This document shows, one piece after another, positions 38,826 through 52,812 of a stretch of 64,000 nucleotides of DNA. Origin of the DNA: Octopus vulgaris (taxonomy: Eukaryota); assembly GCA_951406725.2 (NCBI GenBank), contig OX597814.1, positions 96,286,001 through 96,350,000 on the forward strand, written 5' to 3'. The notes beneath the pieces were generated by a model. It saw only the letters and a program-made list of their open reading frames with translations. It was not told the origin of the DNA and made no database searches. Both the position numbers and the translations under genes were made by a program. Within the stretch, counting starts at the first letter, position 1; the number at the start of each line of letters is the position of its first letter.

Positions 38826-38999
38826 ACCTAATCAATGTGAAATGGTTTCAATCTGCAATTGAAACAACATCCCCAGTTGTCAGACTCTCACCACACTGAA
38901 AAAGTAGTAGTATTAATAACGAAAAGCCAAAACGAAGCATTATCAATCAATGACTAAGTTGTAGCTATCGCTTGAATCATTAACAGTATAGATTCTGGA

Positions 39000-39981
39000 C
39001 CAAGTCAAGCGAAGGCGAGCAATGAGTATGCCAGTTGCAGTCTTTTGCACTTGTTTTCAGTGTGTTTCCAAATAGCGTTTAATTCTTAACGAGGTTATTG
39101 ATACTGCTGCTATTTCTGTGTGAGTGTTTTTTTTTATGTTTGGATCGAATGGAGACAGCGTATTTACGAGGTTTTAGAGTAACGTTTTGATGCTGTGAAA
39201 GGGATTACGATGTTTGAAGTTTACTGTTGCCACAAACGGTGTCCCTTGTATGCGCAGAGTCTTTCATTTTAAGTATTTTACTTCCATTCTATGATGAGAC
39301 AATGTACAACTTCTGCTGGTGTTTTTGTATTCTTTGCAACTCATTGTGGTTGTTGTGAATGGGAGACTTTAGGACCATACGTAAGACTAACACAAATCTA
39401 TATTGTTTGTACATCCTTGCTGCTGTTTCTTTCTATAAACCAAATGTGGTACCAGTGATCGCAATGTTGTTTACCCTCGTTTTCTATGTGTAATGTAAAT
39501 GCTGTAGTTGTGTTTGTTTTTTGTGTGTTTGAGTCTTGTATATTTATTTTGGTTAAAGCATTCGTTGGTTGTATCTTATTTTCAATAGTGTTGTTAGTCA
39601 GAAGGGAGAATGTACATTTAGCACACGCTACTTGAAGTTTGCTTGGAGTCAGGTTTCTGGATGATTGATATGAATTTGGAGTAATTTTGCAGTAGTGTAT
39701 GAAGGTTTGTGAGACAATGTCACAGCTATATCATTTGCATATGAGGCTATGTCTGTAGTTTGTGCAGGCAAGGGAGGTAATATAGAGTGCGTTAGAGCAG
39801 TGGTTCCCAATTAGGCAAAATCCCGCTTCCTTATATACTAAAAGAATGAAATTCCCTCTTCCTTTATTAATTAGAGACGGAATGTGCCCACGGTGTTGCT
39901 TAAATCCAGCTGAACTTCATAAAATATCTCCATTTGTTCTTAAAGTATGTTTCTTAAGGATCGAGATTAATCCAGAAAGAA

Positions 39982-40042
<61 letters not shown>

Positions 40043-40480
40043 GAGGGAGAGAGAGACTGAGAGAGAGAATGGATAGAGAGAGAGAGAGACTGGATAGAGA
40101 GAGAGAGAGACTGGATAGAGAGAGAATGAGAGAGAGAATGAGAGAGAGAGGGAGAGAGAGGGAATGGATAGAGAGAGATGGAAGCGATTGGTGAGTACAG
40201 AGGCTAGCTCTGGTATACATTGTTTGAAAGGGAATGGAATGGATAATATTGTCAGGGCCAGTGTCCTTAGTTTGAAGCTACTGGAAATATTTTCAAACTT
40301 GGTGTGTATGTATGCATGGTGATGAATCTGGTAGAGGTGTAGGAGATAGTTTTGTAGGAGGTTTATCAGTTGTTTTGTAGGAGTCAAAGTAATATGCTGC
40401 AAGATGACAAAGCTGCGCGATAGATGACAATTTTCCTGCATCTCCATTTGACAACAACAATTTTGCAATGACAAATGGCC
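39000..40480 (-). pseudogene. highly decayed APE-type LINE RT (CR1/L2/Jockey-like)
   Basis: GPDNI, KQCIPELASVLT, SYANDIAV (YADD-like), ELQRIQK; split by (GA)n. Confidence 0.45.
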
Positions 40481-40597
40481 GTAAATAAAGAATCATTGTT
40501 AATATCTGCTGTGTGGACGCCCCCGGGCGATGAAGTAGACTAGCCCAATACGTAGATATAGAGGGAGAAGTCTAGACGTCGAGAGAACAGTTGAGTA

Positions 40598-40899
40598 AGT
40601 GTTTTATGTTATGTTTAATAATATCGGAAAATAGAAGAACAATTTTAGAGAACATATAACGGTTCAAATAATTGTAATGGTAGACGATAATTAATTGTTA
40701 CGTAAATACATGATAAAAACGGACAGTTTAAAAAGATTAATGGTAATGCATGTGATGAGGGGCACATGCAACCATTCATAACCCCATTATTGTATAATCA
40801 TCTCATCATATTCGTTCTATGTATTGTCCCCTCTGTGGTGTCCTGTCTGTCCTTGTTTGTCCCCTCTATGTTTGGGCCCTTGTGGCTAATAAAAAAACC
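40598..40899 (+). mobile_element. 5'-truncated retroposon sharing the family-1 SINE tail A
   Basis: 15-bp TSD GAGAACAGTTGAGTA at 40583-40597 and 40900-40914; 3' end GTCTGTCCTTGTTTGTCCCCTCTATGTTT..CCCTTGTGG..AATAAA. Confidence 0.75.
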
Positions 40900-41089
40900 G
40901 AGAACAGTTGAGTAGCGGTGAGACTAGAGTCGAGAGTAGTAGAGCAGAAGTAGAGTTGAGTAGTAGAGGCACCCGAACGTGCGACATAACAATATCAGAA
41001 CGTAGTTTTGCTTGATTGATTGTTAATGTAATTGAGAAGAAATTGAACTCTGCTTTGTTTCCTAGATGTGTTGATCATCATTTATCTTT

Positions 41090-41518
41090 TATCCTTTACT
41101 TGTTTCAGTCATTTGACTATGGCCATGCTGGGGCACCGCCTTGAAGAGCTTTTAGTCCAATAAATCGACCCCAGAACTTATGTTTTTTTTAAAACTCCAG
41201 CTGCTTAATCTATCAGTCTCCCGCTAGGTTACGGGGACGTAAATACACCAACACCGGTTGTCAAACGGTGGTGGGGACAAACACAGACACAAAGACAGAC
41301 CACTGACACACGCACACGCAAACACACACACACACACACATGCACGCACACATATAGGACAGGCTTCTTTAAGTTTCTGTTTACCAAGTCCACTCACAAG
41401 GCTTTGGTTGGCCTGAGGTTATAGTAGAAGACACTTGCTCAAGGTACCACGCAGTGAGACTGAACCAAGAACTATGTGGTTAGGAAGCAAGTTCTTACCA
41501 CACAGCTACGCCTGCACC
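41090..41518 (-). mobile_element. tRNA-derived CORE-like SINE, family 4 (fragments also at 12183-12237 and 46325-46482)
   Basis: Minus-strand head GGTGCAGGCGTAGCTGTGTGGTAAG..GGTTCAGTC..CCTTGAGCAAGTGTCTT; tail CCAGCATGGCC..AAATGACTGAAACAAGTAAA. Confidence 0.8.
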
Positions 41519-41681
41519 TAATCGAAAGCCAACTGTGGCAAAGTTGTCCTTTTTGGCCTTTGTTCTAGTGTTTTCCAATGAATGGAGAAAGAGCCGACTG
41601 TAGGATTGCTGGCATCTAGGGCAAGCTGAATTTCGACTTCCATGTATATCATTTTAAAATATTTTGACAAGGAATAAAACT

Positions 41682-41910
41682 TATTTCTTTATTGCCCACA
41701 AGGGGCTAAACATAGAGGGGACAAAGAAGGACAGACAAAGGGATTAAGTCGATTACATCGACCTCAGTACGTAACTGGTACTTAATTTATTGACCCCAAA
41801 AGGATGAAAGGCAAAGTCGACCTCGGCGGAATTCGAACTCAGAACGTAACGGCAGACGAAAAACCGCTAAGCATTTCGCCCGGTGTGCTAACGTTTCTGC
41901 CAGCTCGCCG
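41682..41910 (-). mobile_element. family-1 SINE, tail A
   Basis: Similarity to 321-550; TAAAACT repeated on both flanks. Confidence 0.88.
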
Positions 41911-42006
41911 TAAAACTGCAAATGTAGGAATAATGTTTTTATTACAATTTGTTAAAGGTTTTATTTTATTTAATACTTTCATATTTTTCACACACACATA
42001 TGTATA

Positions 42007-42039
<33 letters not shown>

Positions 42040-44641
42040 GGAGATTAAAAACTTTTTTTTGATGGGTTAGATGTCGATCAAGTCGACTTGAAATCAAAAG
42101 ACAGTGTATTAAATTGGTGATGCGTTATATAATTATCACCAGGTTTATAAATTCAGTTATTCAGTCCTTATACACATAATTCTGCTTTGTTTTCGAATGG
42201 AAGTATCAAAGCTTGTTTTATTTTGGATGTGTAGTTGACTGAAGTTGTTCACAAAGTGACAGAGGGAAAGTACAGTATGGGAGCATTCTAGTATGGTATT
42301 ACATACGTAATATAGTAAATATAGTAAACTGAAAAACTTTCATTAACCGAAATTATCCTTGCAATTAAACTCTCGCTATGGGGGGCGCGATTCTTTAAAA
42401 TATAAAAGCAACAAACAAGGGTGGTAACTACAATAAATCAACCGATATTCCTGGAAAATAAATACTATACAGAAGAGAGTGGACATAACACTTAGATTGT
42501 TATCTTACTTTTTGTCCAGTTAAACGATCAGTTATTACACATCTCAAATCTACAATATTGGAAACCTTGTAAGAAAATTCGAAAACAAAATAAATTCGTC
42601 TGTTGTAAAAAGATATGGCCTCCGACTACCTTCTGTTTCTCGATGTAAACCACTTTCAAGAGCTGATGAAATTATTTGTGAAAATTCTTCTGACATTAAT
42701 GACCTATATGAGAAAATCTGAAAATAGAAAACAGATAACTTGTACGAAAAGCATGAGAAATTTTTCAGCAGTCTAGCAAACTGCTCCGGAGTGGTTGCTT
42801 AAACATTCAATGGTTGATTCATATGTGTCATTTTTATCTTTTAACGCAAAATATTTGTACTTTTCTAATAAGTGTCATTTGTCATTCGCAAAGAAAAAGA
42901 AAAGGGAAAAATTTTCAATAAATATTTTTGTCTCCTTTTTTTTCCCATGTTGACATGGATAAATCATTTATGGCAATTGCTTGAGGCTCTGGGATAAATA
43001 ATTGATTCATCGAGTCTTTTGAAAATAGTAACAAAAGCACAAGTGAATTAACGTAAGCAATAAACATGAACTAAATTTTTATGACAAATGCACAGAACAA
43101 GTAAAGTTCTTTTCTCAACGTGAGGAGATTGACCTGACATACATATCTCTCCTCCTTAACATGAATAGCAAAAGGAAATGCTTATAACCGATACAAACTG
43201 ATACAGTTAAATATATGCACTTGTGTTCATACAGGACTGATAAAATACACGCATGATTACCCTTTATACATGGACAAAATAATACTAATAAAAAAACTTT
43301 GACTAAAATTATGTCCTCCTTGAGCACGAAATAAAATGTTTTAAAGAAAGTATTGCCGACGGAATCAGAGATAAAATATAATATACTTTTATTGACTCTA
43401 ATGCAATCAATAAAAATAAGAAACCTTAATGGCTCAGATGAGTTTCCAACTGAAAGAGTAGCCGAATGAAACTAAATAGTATAATGTAGTTAGAATAGTG
43501 CCCTATAATCCTTCGATACACTTAATTTTCCAGCAGAGAAATAATATAAAAATAGATAATGTTTAAAAATCAATATTGATTTCTTGACATTGGCACAAGG
43601 CCACACATTTGGAGGGGTATAAAGAGCTAATAAAATCGAATTTCAGTATATTTTTGGCATTATCTAAATAGGTGTCAGTCGAATGAAAGGCTGAAATAAT
43701 TATAATTGTTTATTTATATCACTTCAATAAATATAATGAGTTGTATTAATTTAAACTAAGTTCTAATGTTACAAGATATTTAACAGAAAGATGATCTTTT
43801 ATAAGATACATATCCCTTACATAAAGTGTTCCTGCAATGCGAGAACTAAGTCAGTAATCAACTGGAAAACAATGCTTATCCCTTCAATAACGACATAAAT
43901 GTATATAGTCTCAGCATTCCACAAACGAAAGTGGCGTAACATTTGATCGATGCTCCTGACCTAGCTTCATTTACATGTTAGATTACAGTTTGAGGAAATC
44001 GAAGACAGGAGAATAGCGTTTATCGAAATTTCAGAAATTTCAGTAATACACGCTATATACATTACGTATACTTCATAGGCTTGGTGATCTGACTTGTAGT
44101 TTAGTCAGTATTTTGTGTTAGATATTTTGGGTATAAGTGGAATGAAGTCGAAAGCTTTACTGCTGTCCATATTAGAAATATGCGTATAGGGTTGCTTTTT
44201 GCTATAGGAGTAGTCATATGTATTCGCTGTCAGGTTTCAGATTGATTGAATGCAGCGACCTAAATCTGTCTTGTGATTTGTCGAAAAGAATGCGTGAGTT
44301 AGTGATATGAAGGATGTCTTTCTGGAAACTTCAATGAGTATGTATAGGAGAGTCTTGAATTTGTATGATGCTACTTTGATTTTTTTTAGGTTTCAAAATT
44401 GTTTGGCCGGTTCCTAAATTCTTGCTTGTAGATATTGCAGTGTGTGAGTCCGGTGATTCATTCAGGCTTTAGATATTCTAAATGGATGTTTGTAGCTGTG
44501 GCAGCGGTTGGAACTTTTGAAAATGTTTTCGAATGTCTAATTGAGGGAAGAGATCAAAATCTTGTTTCTATGAATTTTGTCTGGATTTTGGTGGCTGATT
44601 TTTCGAGAAGTGTTTGATAAGAGTGCATGATTGGTGTTAGC

Positions 44642-44642
<1 letters not shown>

Positions 44643-44672
<30 letters not shown>

Positions 44673-44808
44673 TGTATGTATGTATGTATGTATGTATGTA
44701 TGTATGTATGTATGTATGTGTATGTGTGTATGTGTGTATGTGTGTATGTATGTATGTATGTATGTATGTATGTATGTATGTATGTATGTATGTATGTATG
44801 TATGTATG
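44643..44808. repeat. (TATG)n microsatellite
   Basis: Direct inspection; one of many (TA)n, (TAA)n, (CA)n, (GA)n and (TATC)n tracts. Confidence 0.95.
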
Positions 44809-47808
44809 TCACTGTATCGAGTAGCTTTCGAGTGATGTCGCTTCACTAGCTAGGCAGGAAGGCCAAAATTCATCTTGTACAGAACACTCCTTCGCAAGGT
44901 TCCCCACTTACAACTGGAGCAACGGGAAATGAAGTGTTTTGCTCAAGAACACCTTAAGGCCACACTTATTTGAAGTTTTTGAATTGAATGAGGTGTGATG
45001 TCAACGTTGTTGATCATATTGCTCACGAGTCCATGTTTTATTGTTTTGTGACGTTTGTAAGTTTTCTGTTTTTCTATGTTTTATTTTCGTTGTTATTTTT
45101 CTATTTGTTTTGACGATAAGTTTTATTTTTGTTGTGTGTAGTGTTGCTGTATTTATTGTGCTTGAGGTTGTCTCTAGTTTCTTTGTATATACAGGGTCAG
45201 CCGTTTCTAATTGGGTTGTACTTGATGCTAGTGAGATAGGTAGTCTGCACGCAGCAATAGTTATTTAGTTGAATGTATGTATTGCAATGTCTCTCCGGGG
45301 AATGTGGTGAAGTTGGCTTCTGTAAAAGTTGCGAAACTGGTTCCACTGGGATAAAAAAAAAAATTTGAATAAATGCTTTTGCTTTGGATATTTATGTGTC
45401 AGTATATTGCGTTGATTATAGGTAAGTGTCATAGGGTAGTTTTGATATTGTTTGCCATATGTCCAGGTAGCTAGGTGTGCGAAACAGACAGGGGTTGTCT
45501 GGGAGTAGAATTTTTGCTGCTGTTCAGGCCCAGGCTACTTCTGATTAAGAAGACTTATGATCAAAGGCTTTGCAATTGTGACCACCTCATCATTTTAGAA
45601 ATGCTTGAGAATACGTTATCAGACGTGGCCTTTCCTTTTTTAAGATATTAAAGAGATTTGGCTGTTAGTTCTAGCAAATCAAACGACCACGCAAATACAC
45701 CCTCATTAGTACGAATTATTGTACTTAGCTTGTCAAGATGTAGGCATTTTTGAGATGGTGTAGGCTATTTCAGATGTAAAAGGAGGTTAGTGGTAATGTT
45801 ATTGTGTCTTGTTTTATTCTACCTGTGGCATTGAGAAGGGAGATAACAGCGGTGCTTTATACTGTATGGCTTTTACTGTTATTTGTAATGGTAATGTTTC
45901 TGTAATGTCAAGTACTTGTGCGGAATTTTCATATTTGCAGTTGTTTGATCTTATTTTTGTTAGTATTTTAAAAAGTATTTTGTGCTTTTGATTAAATGCT
46001 CTCAGAGGCCCTAACTGGAAAACAAGTTTCGGTATATCCGATCAAATGGTAGTCAAGTCGTCGGGATAATTAACCAGTACATTCTCCCACTTTAAAAAAT
46101 CGTTTGGATATAATTTGATGGAGGTTTGGTTACTAATTCTATTAAGTAGAATGACTATATAGGACGCTTCCCAAAATTGACCATTTCCACGAATGGAGTA
46201 CCATAAGGATGCTGAATAGATTGCTTTGCGGAGGAATAATTGGAATAGAACTGTCATGAATAACAAAGATCTCAATATAAGAAGGGACTGATCCGCCCAA
46301 CAATACGGTTTATATGTATTTAATAGTCACGTGGGTAGATTTAGTAGACGGAAACTGTAAGAAGCCTGACCGATAGAATAAGTACTAGGCTTAAGATATA
46401 AGTCATCGGGTCGACTTGTTCGACTTAAAGCCTTTCAAGATGGTGCTCCAGCATGGCATCAAATGACCGAAACAAGTAAAAGAATGCCGGAAATTAATAT
46501 TTATGGTTTTAACATCTTGTAGCTCACTCTGGTGTTATCGATTGTTTTACTTTCATTTCCTAGAAACGGTTATCAATATAGTTTGTTAATCTTAGGAATC
46601 CTATGTACGATAGTCTATATCAAAATAAATATAACAACCATATAAAAAATCCATATAGAAAAACTTAATGGGAACTAATGTGAACCTGTCTTCTTATCTA
46701 AGACTGGAAGCATCTTTGATTTTCATGATTCACGATAGATCTGAGAAGATTATTATTACCTTGAATTACCATATTTTAACTTAACACTTGTTAGTTTGGG
46801 AAACCAGTTCGTGTATGTGAATGTGTGTGCGCGCGTGTGTATGCGTGTGTGTGTGCGTACGTGCGTATTTCACCTGCCTTGTTCTGATTTTAAACACGTC
46901 TTGTTTAGATATGTAAAACGATATGTAAGCATATCCACAAGCACGAGCGGGTATATGTGTAAGGGCAATTTGAACGTGACCCTGTAACTAGTTGCATCAT
47001 TGCAGCTAATTGGTTAAATATATATGCAACCAGTTGGCTACTACAATATTAGCCACGTTCCCTCTGAAAACATGGCTTTATGAAAGCGGTAGCAGTTTAA
47101 CATACCAAGCAGAATCAAAATATATTTCTAAATGGAACATAGCTGAAAGGCGTTGTTTTGATGAAAAAAAATATGGCCTTAATAACAATTAAGCACACTC
47201 GATTACGTAAGTTGTAATGTGGGACAAACATTATGACTATTATTAAATTTTTTACTGAGTCATTTTCGGTATTTCAGTTAATATACGAAGGGAAAACAAT
47301 TGAACATACAGACGTATTCAAAGTTAATGTTGTTATATTTAGAAGCACTATGAAGAGAAAGAAGAGAAGATAAGTGAGTTGTACATGTAAATTCTCCGCC
47401 GCATAGTTTATAATTTCTTTTAGGTCATTTCAGTACTATTTAATGGAAGGTTTATCAAATCGATGTATCCTTTACTCCATTCAATAAACAGTCGACCAGT
47501 CACAGCTGAATATTATTTTATGGCTTATCATCTACCGCCACCTTCTGTTGTTCATAAAAACAATATTCCGAGCAACGAAATGCTATCATGTATGTGTATT
47601 AGATGTAATTACATCTGTAATGATCTATGCAGCATTTTGTAGAGAAGATATGCAGCTCTTGAGCTGGAAGTCATCAAAACTGTAACGATTTATATGTAGC
47701 AAATAAGTGAGAAAAAGAAAAAATATTATTAGTTGAAATGGCGCTGCATTTTCAACGTAACAACATAAAATACAAATTCGAGTTGTTACTGTACACAGAT
47801 TCTTTTCA

Positions 47809-48232
47809 GGGATCTTTTCGGTTTGAACGGCAGGTTTTTCTAGCGGTGTCATATGAAATTGTCACCCATAATTATGACCCTAGAATCGATCTATTGCATT
47901 TTAATCTCTTTTAGGGTTAGGATTAGGGTTAGGGGTGGGGGAGGGGTATCTTTTTTTCTTTACAAATGTAAATAAACCCAATCTGCTTCTTAAACGAGGG
48001 ACATATTCATACGGCACAGAATGCTTTTTAACTCAATAGACGTCACTGATTGGTTGAAATTGCAGAAATTGAAGAAAAACAACAACAAATATCTTACAAA
48101 CTATAGAATTTTCTCAATAAAGCCAAGAGAAAAAGATCTTTTATAAACACATTCTACCTGTATACGAAGTTTAAATTTTTTTAGTTACCTAGAAATTATG
48201 TTAAAAACTGCCGTTCAAACCGAAAAGATCCC
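47809..48232. mobile_element. MITE with about 25-30 bp TIRs and 6-bp TSD
   Basis: GGGATCTTTTCGGTTTGAACGGCAG...CTGCCGTTCAAACCGAAAAGATCCC; TTTTCA on both sides; internal TTAGGG-like repeats. Confidence 0.88.
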
Positions 48233-51200
48233 TTTTCAGTTCTATAGTCCATCTTGTAGGTAGTTAAATTCATCTTTTGTTGACTACTAGGAGGATGGAT
48301 GGAAGAATTCAGAGAGAAAGAGTAAAAAAATCTACTTATCTGTGTTGACCAGTTGAGAGGGTGAAAGTTGTGTAGACGCGCGGCGACAAGCCATACGCAA
48401 CGTGAGAAACAAACAGATGTGCTCTTCCGACGAGGGGCCAAGTGAAAAAGATAGAACCGATTTTGGGTTCCATGTTTATATTTTTCCTAACTAAATTAGG
48501 TCAGGCTAAACAAAGGATTTTCCATCTCTTATCTGTCTGAACCCTATTTAACCTAAGACTGTTAACTTAAACCATAGAACTGAAATAAGTGTGGTAGTTG
48601 ACTCTCATTAATTTCTAGGTGCAAAAGCCGAGAACAAGAGAAATGAAATAGGTTTTGAATTTTGGGCAAGAATCCAGGAAGCTATTTGTTACACATACAT
48701 AATCCACTTATCACAGAGACCCCTCCTTTTTACAGTATAATTATAAAATCGTATAAAAAATAATAATCGTCAGTAACAAAGTAAAATTATTTTAATTCTG
48801 AACTTGCCAAGCTTTTTCAAAGCATAAACATTTCTTATACATGTGCATATTAAGAGAGAAAAGAGTACTATATTGCAACATTCTAAGACTATCCTAGACA
48901 CGCCAACTTTTCAGGTTTCGTCTTGAAGCACAGTTAATTACATATCCAAGTGACCAATACGAATGTATGTATGTATGTATGTATGTATGTATGTATGTAT
49001 GTATGTATGTATGTAGTTTTCACCGATACACCCACACACACCTGCAAATGATGTAAACATATAGAGAAACCTGAAAACACTTTGCCTTGTTAACGGAGTC
49101 CTCAGTTGATATTTATTCTGCAATAACTAACGTCGACGCTTCCTTGCCACTTCCTTAATGCCATCAGCGTCGTAAATACTCTGATCTGTTAAATATCTGC
49201 AATCAACGATGCTAACATTTACCAAATACAATATAAAAAAATACATAAAAAAATATATAAACCGCTAGATTATATTATTAATAATATTACCAAATGTAAT
49301 TATGTTTCTATTCACAAACCCTGTTATATTTAAATTAAATAACTGTCTTCGTCCTCCCTAAATTCAATTATCCCGATTCTGTCACATCTATTTTAGAATC
49401 ATAAGGATCTCCAAGGGCAGTATGCTCCTCCGGTTTGTGTTAAGCATTTGAGAGACAATTATCCAACTGAAAAAAATGTATTCATATGTGTTAAGCCAAA
49501 GAACAATTTGTCAAATTTATTGGTCTGCTTCCGTTCACAGAGACGAATTATACCTTTCAAATTGCCTGTCTTGACTACTAGCACAGTGTAGCACCTGATC
49601 TTTCAGCTGATTGTCCAGTGTTCTAATGATTCAATATTAAGGTTCTTATTCCTCTATCTAGGAAGATCAAAGGGGTGTGGACAGTTCCTTTTCTTCCCAC
49701 TAGAACATCTAAATTAAGTAGATGTTAAATATTCAGTCAAAAATAATCCCCAATCCTTATACATCATCTAATTGTCCATTGTCATTCAAGACTTCCCTTC
49801 ATCAAGTTGATAAAAAGGACAAAAAATATTAATAACAATTTAAACAATACGTAATCAGTTTCTCGGATGTGAAACGAAGTATTTTCATTCGTTAGTAGTT
49901 ATATGAAGTTTATGTTGTGGAATCAGTGGCTAGATTGATCCCAGCTTGGTTTAAACTAGATTACAGTAAATAACCCATTTAATGTTCTTCATAGCCCAGC
50001 GTTAAAAGCCATCCAATAATAAATGGAAGCATAAAAATAACTATTAAAATGATAATGTGTTTTTATATAAAATTAATTGTGACTGACGAACTTTAGAATG
50101 AATGGGTAAATTGAACAGAAAAAAGTTTTCGAACATAGTACGTCAGGCTGCTAAATCCTTGAATACACCGAGATCACTAGAAATATTTATGGCTGACATA
50201 ATTTCCTTGGTGTCTGGAATTCTGCACAAAAATAGAATACAAGCAGATTAAAAATATATGACTGAATAGTCCTTAACAATGTAAACCAGGGATATCAAGA
50301 TTACTTGGTCATAAACATTGGAGTTAGGTATACTTAACTATTGTATAGTTGTAATAATATCCAGTCTTTATACTATTTTCACTGATAAAACTATCTGAAT
50401 TGAGATAGAAGTGTTTCAGCTGACAAGAAATCAGCGACCAGTTTGTGGAATTTATAACGAAAACCCCTTGTTATATCTGTGGTAAATTTGTGTCTCGAAA
50501 GTAGATCCACAAATTGTCATCTTGCTTTTTGTCAACAACAGTTTAACTTCAGACAAACTGGTGTCAACAGACGTGTCTACATCATACGTATTTGGATCAG
50601 TATACTTAAGCGACAGTAGTTCATTCTTCTTCACGCTTCTGTTCATCAGTATTCACACTTGTAATCAATCAATAACACAAACCGATGCTATATTAACGAG
50701 GTATTATAGAAGAGCTTATTAACTGGAATTATTGGTAGTGATCGTTGAGCATGCACCCAAGACAAGTGGTAAGGAGAGTAGACACAGCCCAAGTTACAGT
50801 ATGCCTGGCTGTTGTAGTTGCTCTGGTCACGGCGATGAACAACATACCAACTGTGAAATTATCAGTTTATATATAGCTTTTAGCAAAATCTAATACACCA
50901 CTATAAAGAACCTTGACTAGCTCAACAATAAGACCTCCAGCCAACATAGCTCGACTGAGCCAACACAAGAATTAACGTGAACTCAGCAGACAGCCTTTAC
51001 CAACAACTCAAATGTCCGGTGTGTATATAACCAGCAGATTTTACTAAAAGTGTATATGTGCGTATGTGTAGATATACATACATACATACATACATACATA
51101 CATACATACATACATACATACATAAATGTATGTTGAACTTTTCTATCAGAATACGTTCTCTATCGCACAAGAGGTACATGCACAAAAACGAGTTGGCTAG

Positions 51201-51329
51201 TGTATGTACCGTCTTAATTTTGTTTTCTCTACCACTATTGGAAATAGTGCCGATGATAGGATAAAATACTGGAGTAGAGACGACAAAATGTAGTACCGAG
51301 TCCAGTGACAAAACACTCTACAAGTTTGT

Positions 51330-52500
51330 TCCTGAATCGTTGCAAGACTCAAACATTTATTGAGTATATTGATGACAAAATACTTGGATGTCTCACGCAG
51401 TACTTTGAAAAATCTTGTGTAGAGTGCCTGAAGCAGCTTAAAAACAACAACGACATCACAATGAATGAAAATATGTGACCAACTGGGGAAATCCCGTAAT
51501 CGTGTATTGTAGTTAGTTGCGGTGGTGGTGTGTTGGACATTTGTTTATGTTATCATTGAACATAATTGGATTAATCTGATTCTGAAACAAGACAGGTAGG
51601 TGCAGCCATTTGACCTAAAAACTTAATAATGGTAGTACAACAGAGAAGTTTGGCCTGTGTATCTCCAATTCGATCGCTCACTCTGGAGCATAGATTAAGT
51701 AGCACTAGAAGTTACTTGTACAACCTGCTCATGGCTGCCTGATATTGCAGCGCCGGAAATATTCTACCAGGCCGTTAGATGCCCGATGGTAAACAATAGT
51801 TTGGGTATTATTGCATCCTAACACTGATGTAAGTACAGCTTACAAGTTGGTCTTGAACTGCTGTCCCTTATTATAATAGTTGATGGTGTGTTGTATCTAG
51901 AAATCCAGTGCTGCATAAAGCTTTAGAACTGTCTCAGCTCTGACAATGTCTAAAATAATAGCATCGGATCATCGATCATCATCATCATTGTTCGACCGTG
52001 GTCGAGACAATGGAATTTACCATGCTACGTCAGACTTCACAATCCATCATAGCATTACGGAGGTGCTGTTGCTGGATGCCTGTATCCCTGGAGATTACAT
52101 CAGGGTAGGAGAGTGTGCGCCCTCTGGTATCGCGAGTAGATGACTTCCAGAGGAGAAGAGTAGAAATTGCCTCGTTTTCAGCTCTACAACAATGTCCAGC
52201 AAACTGGACTCTCCTACCTTTCACAAGAGATGACACAGGTGGTAGTTTCCCATATATTTGCATTTTGGTTGAATGACGCTTCCACGAGAGATTTTGAGCT
52301 CTCATAAGGAGGCGAGTATAGGTTCCATCCAACCGCCTCTCAAGCTTCTTTGATAACGTCCAGGTTTCTAAGCCATGTAGTAGAATTGGTTCGACTGTGG
52401 CTTTGAAGATTTCAAGTTTGAAGTCTCTACTTAGATTTGATGACCAGATCTTATACATATCATTACAGGATCATCGATACAAGTAAAGCAAACATGAAAG
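51330..52500 (-). pseudogene. Gypsy LTR-retrotransposon integrase relic, interrupted by the RTE insertion
   Basis: TCID, AETV..QHWISRYNTPSTI..KGQQF, YHRASNGLVE, HIFIHCDVV..FKVLRETSKYF. Confidence 0.65.
51977..52467 (-). mobile_element. RTE-clade LINE, 5'-truncated
   Basis: FKATVEPILLHGLETWTL..RRVQFAGHC; (GAT)n tail; 11-bp TSD GGATCATCGAT at 51966-51976 and 52468-52478. Confidence 0.9.
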
Positions 52501-52732
52501 CCACGCGAAAACCTTGCGACAGTGACTTTCAGATACTAAGGGGGGTTCGTGACAGATTGAGATATCACATCAAATATATCTTGTTGGGAAATTAATTTTA
52601 TTTTTTATCATTGCTTTATTATTACTTTTTCTATTTCTTATATTAAAAAAATCTTTTGAATTTAACGTATGATAGCGTCTCATAAAGAGAGATTTCTATA
52701 TATCTTAAATTTGTGGATGGATTTGCGGTGTG

Positions 52733-52812
52733 GGCGGTTTAGTTTAATTGGTTCAGAGCACCGCGACACGTAATCACTGAGGTGTGAGTTCGAGTCTCAT
52801 AGTCGGCCGCCA
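52733..52812 (+). pseudogene. tRNA-like sequence (pseudo-tRNA or SINE head)
   Basis: A-box TAGTTTAATTGG, B-box GTTCGAGTC, GGCGGTT/GGCCGCC acceptor-like pairing, T6 at 52817; anticodon arm malformed. Confidence 0.5.

Noticed and set aside
47910-47935. TTAGGG repeats as a telomere or fusion scar
   Set aside because: Only about 4 imperfect units, and internal to a MITE
50450-51000. Coding-looking minus-strand segment
   Set aside because: Frames are interrupted and it lies just downstream of the Gypsy integrase relic; more likely LTR or element sequence
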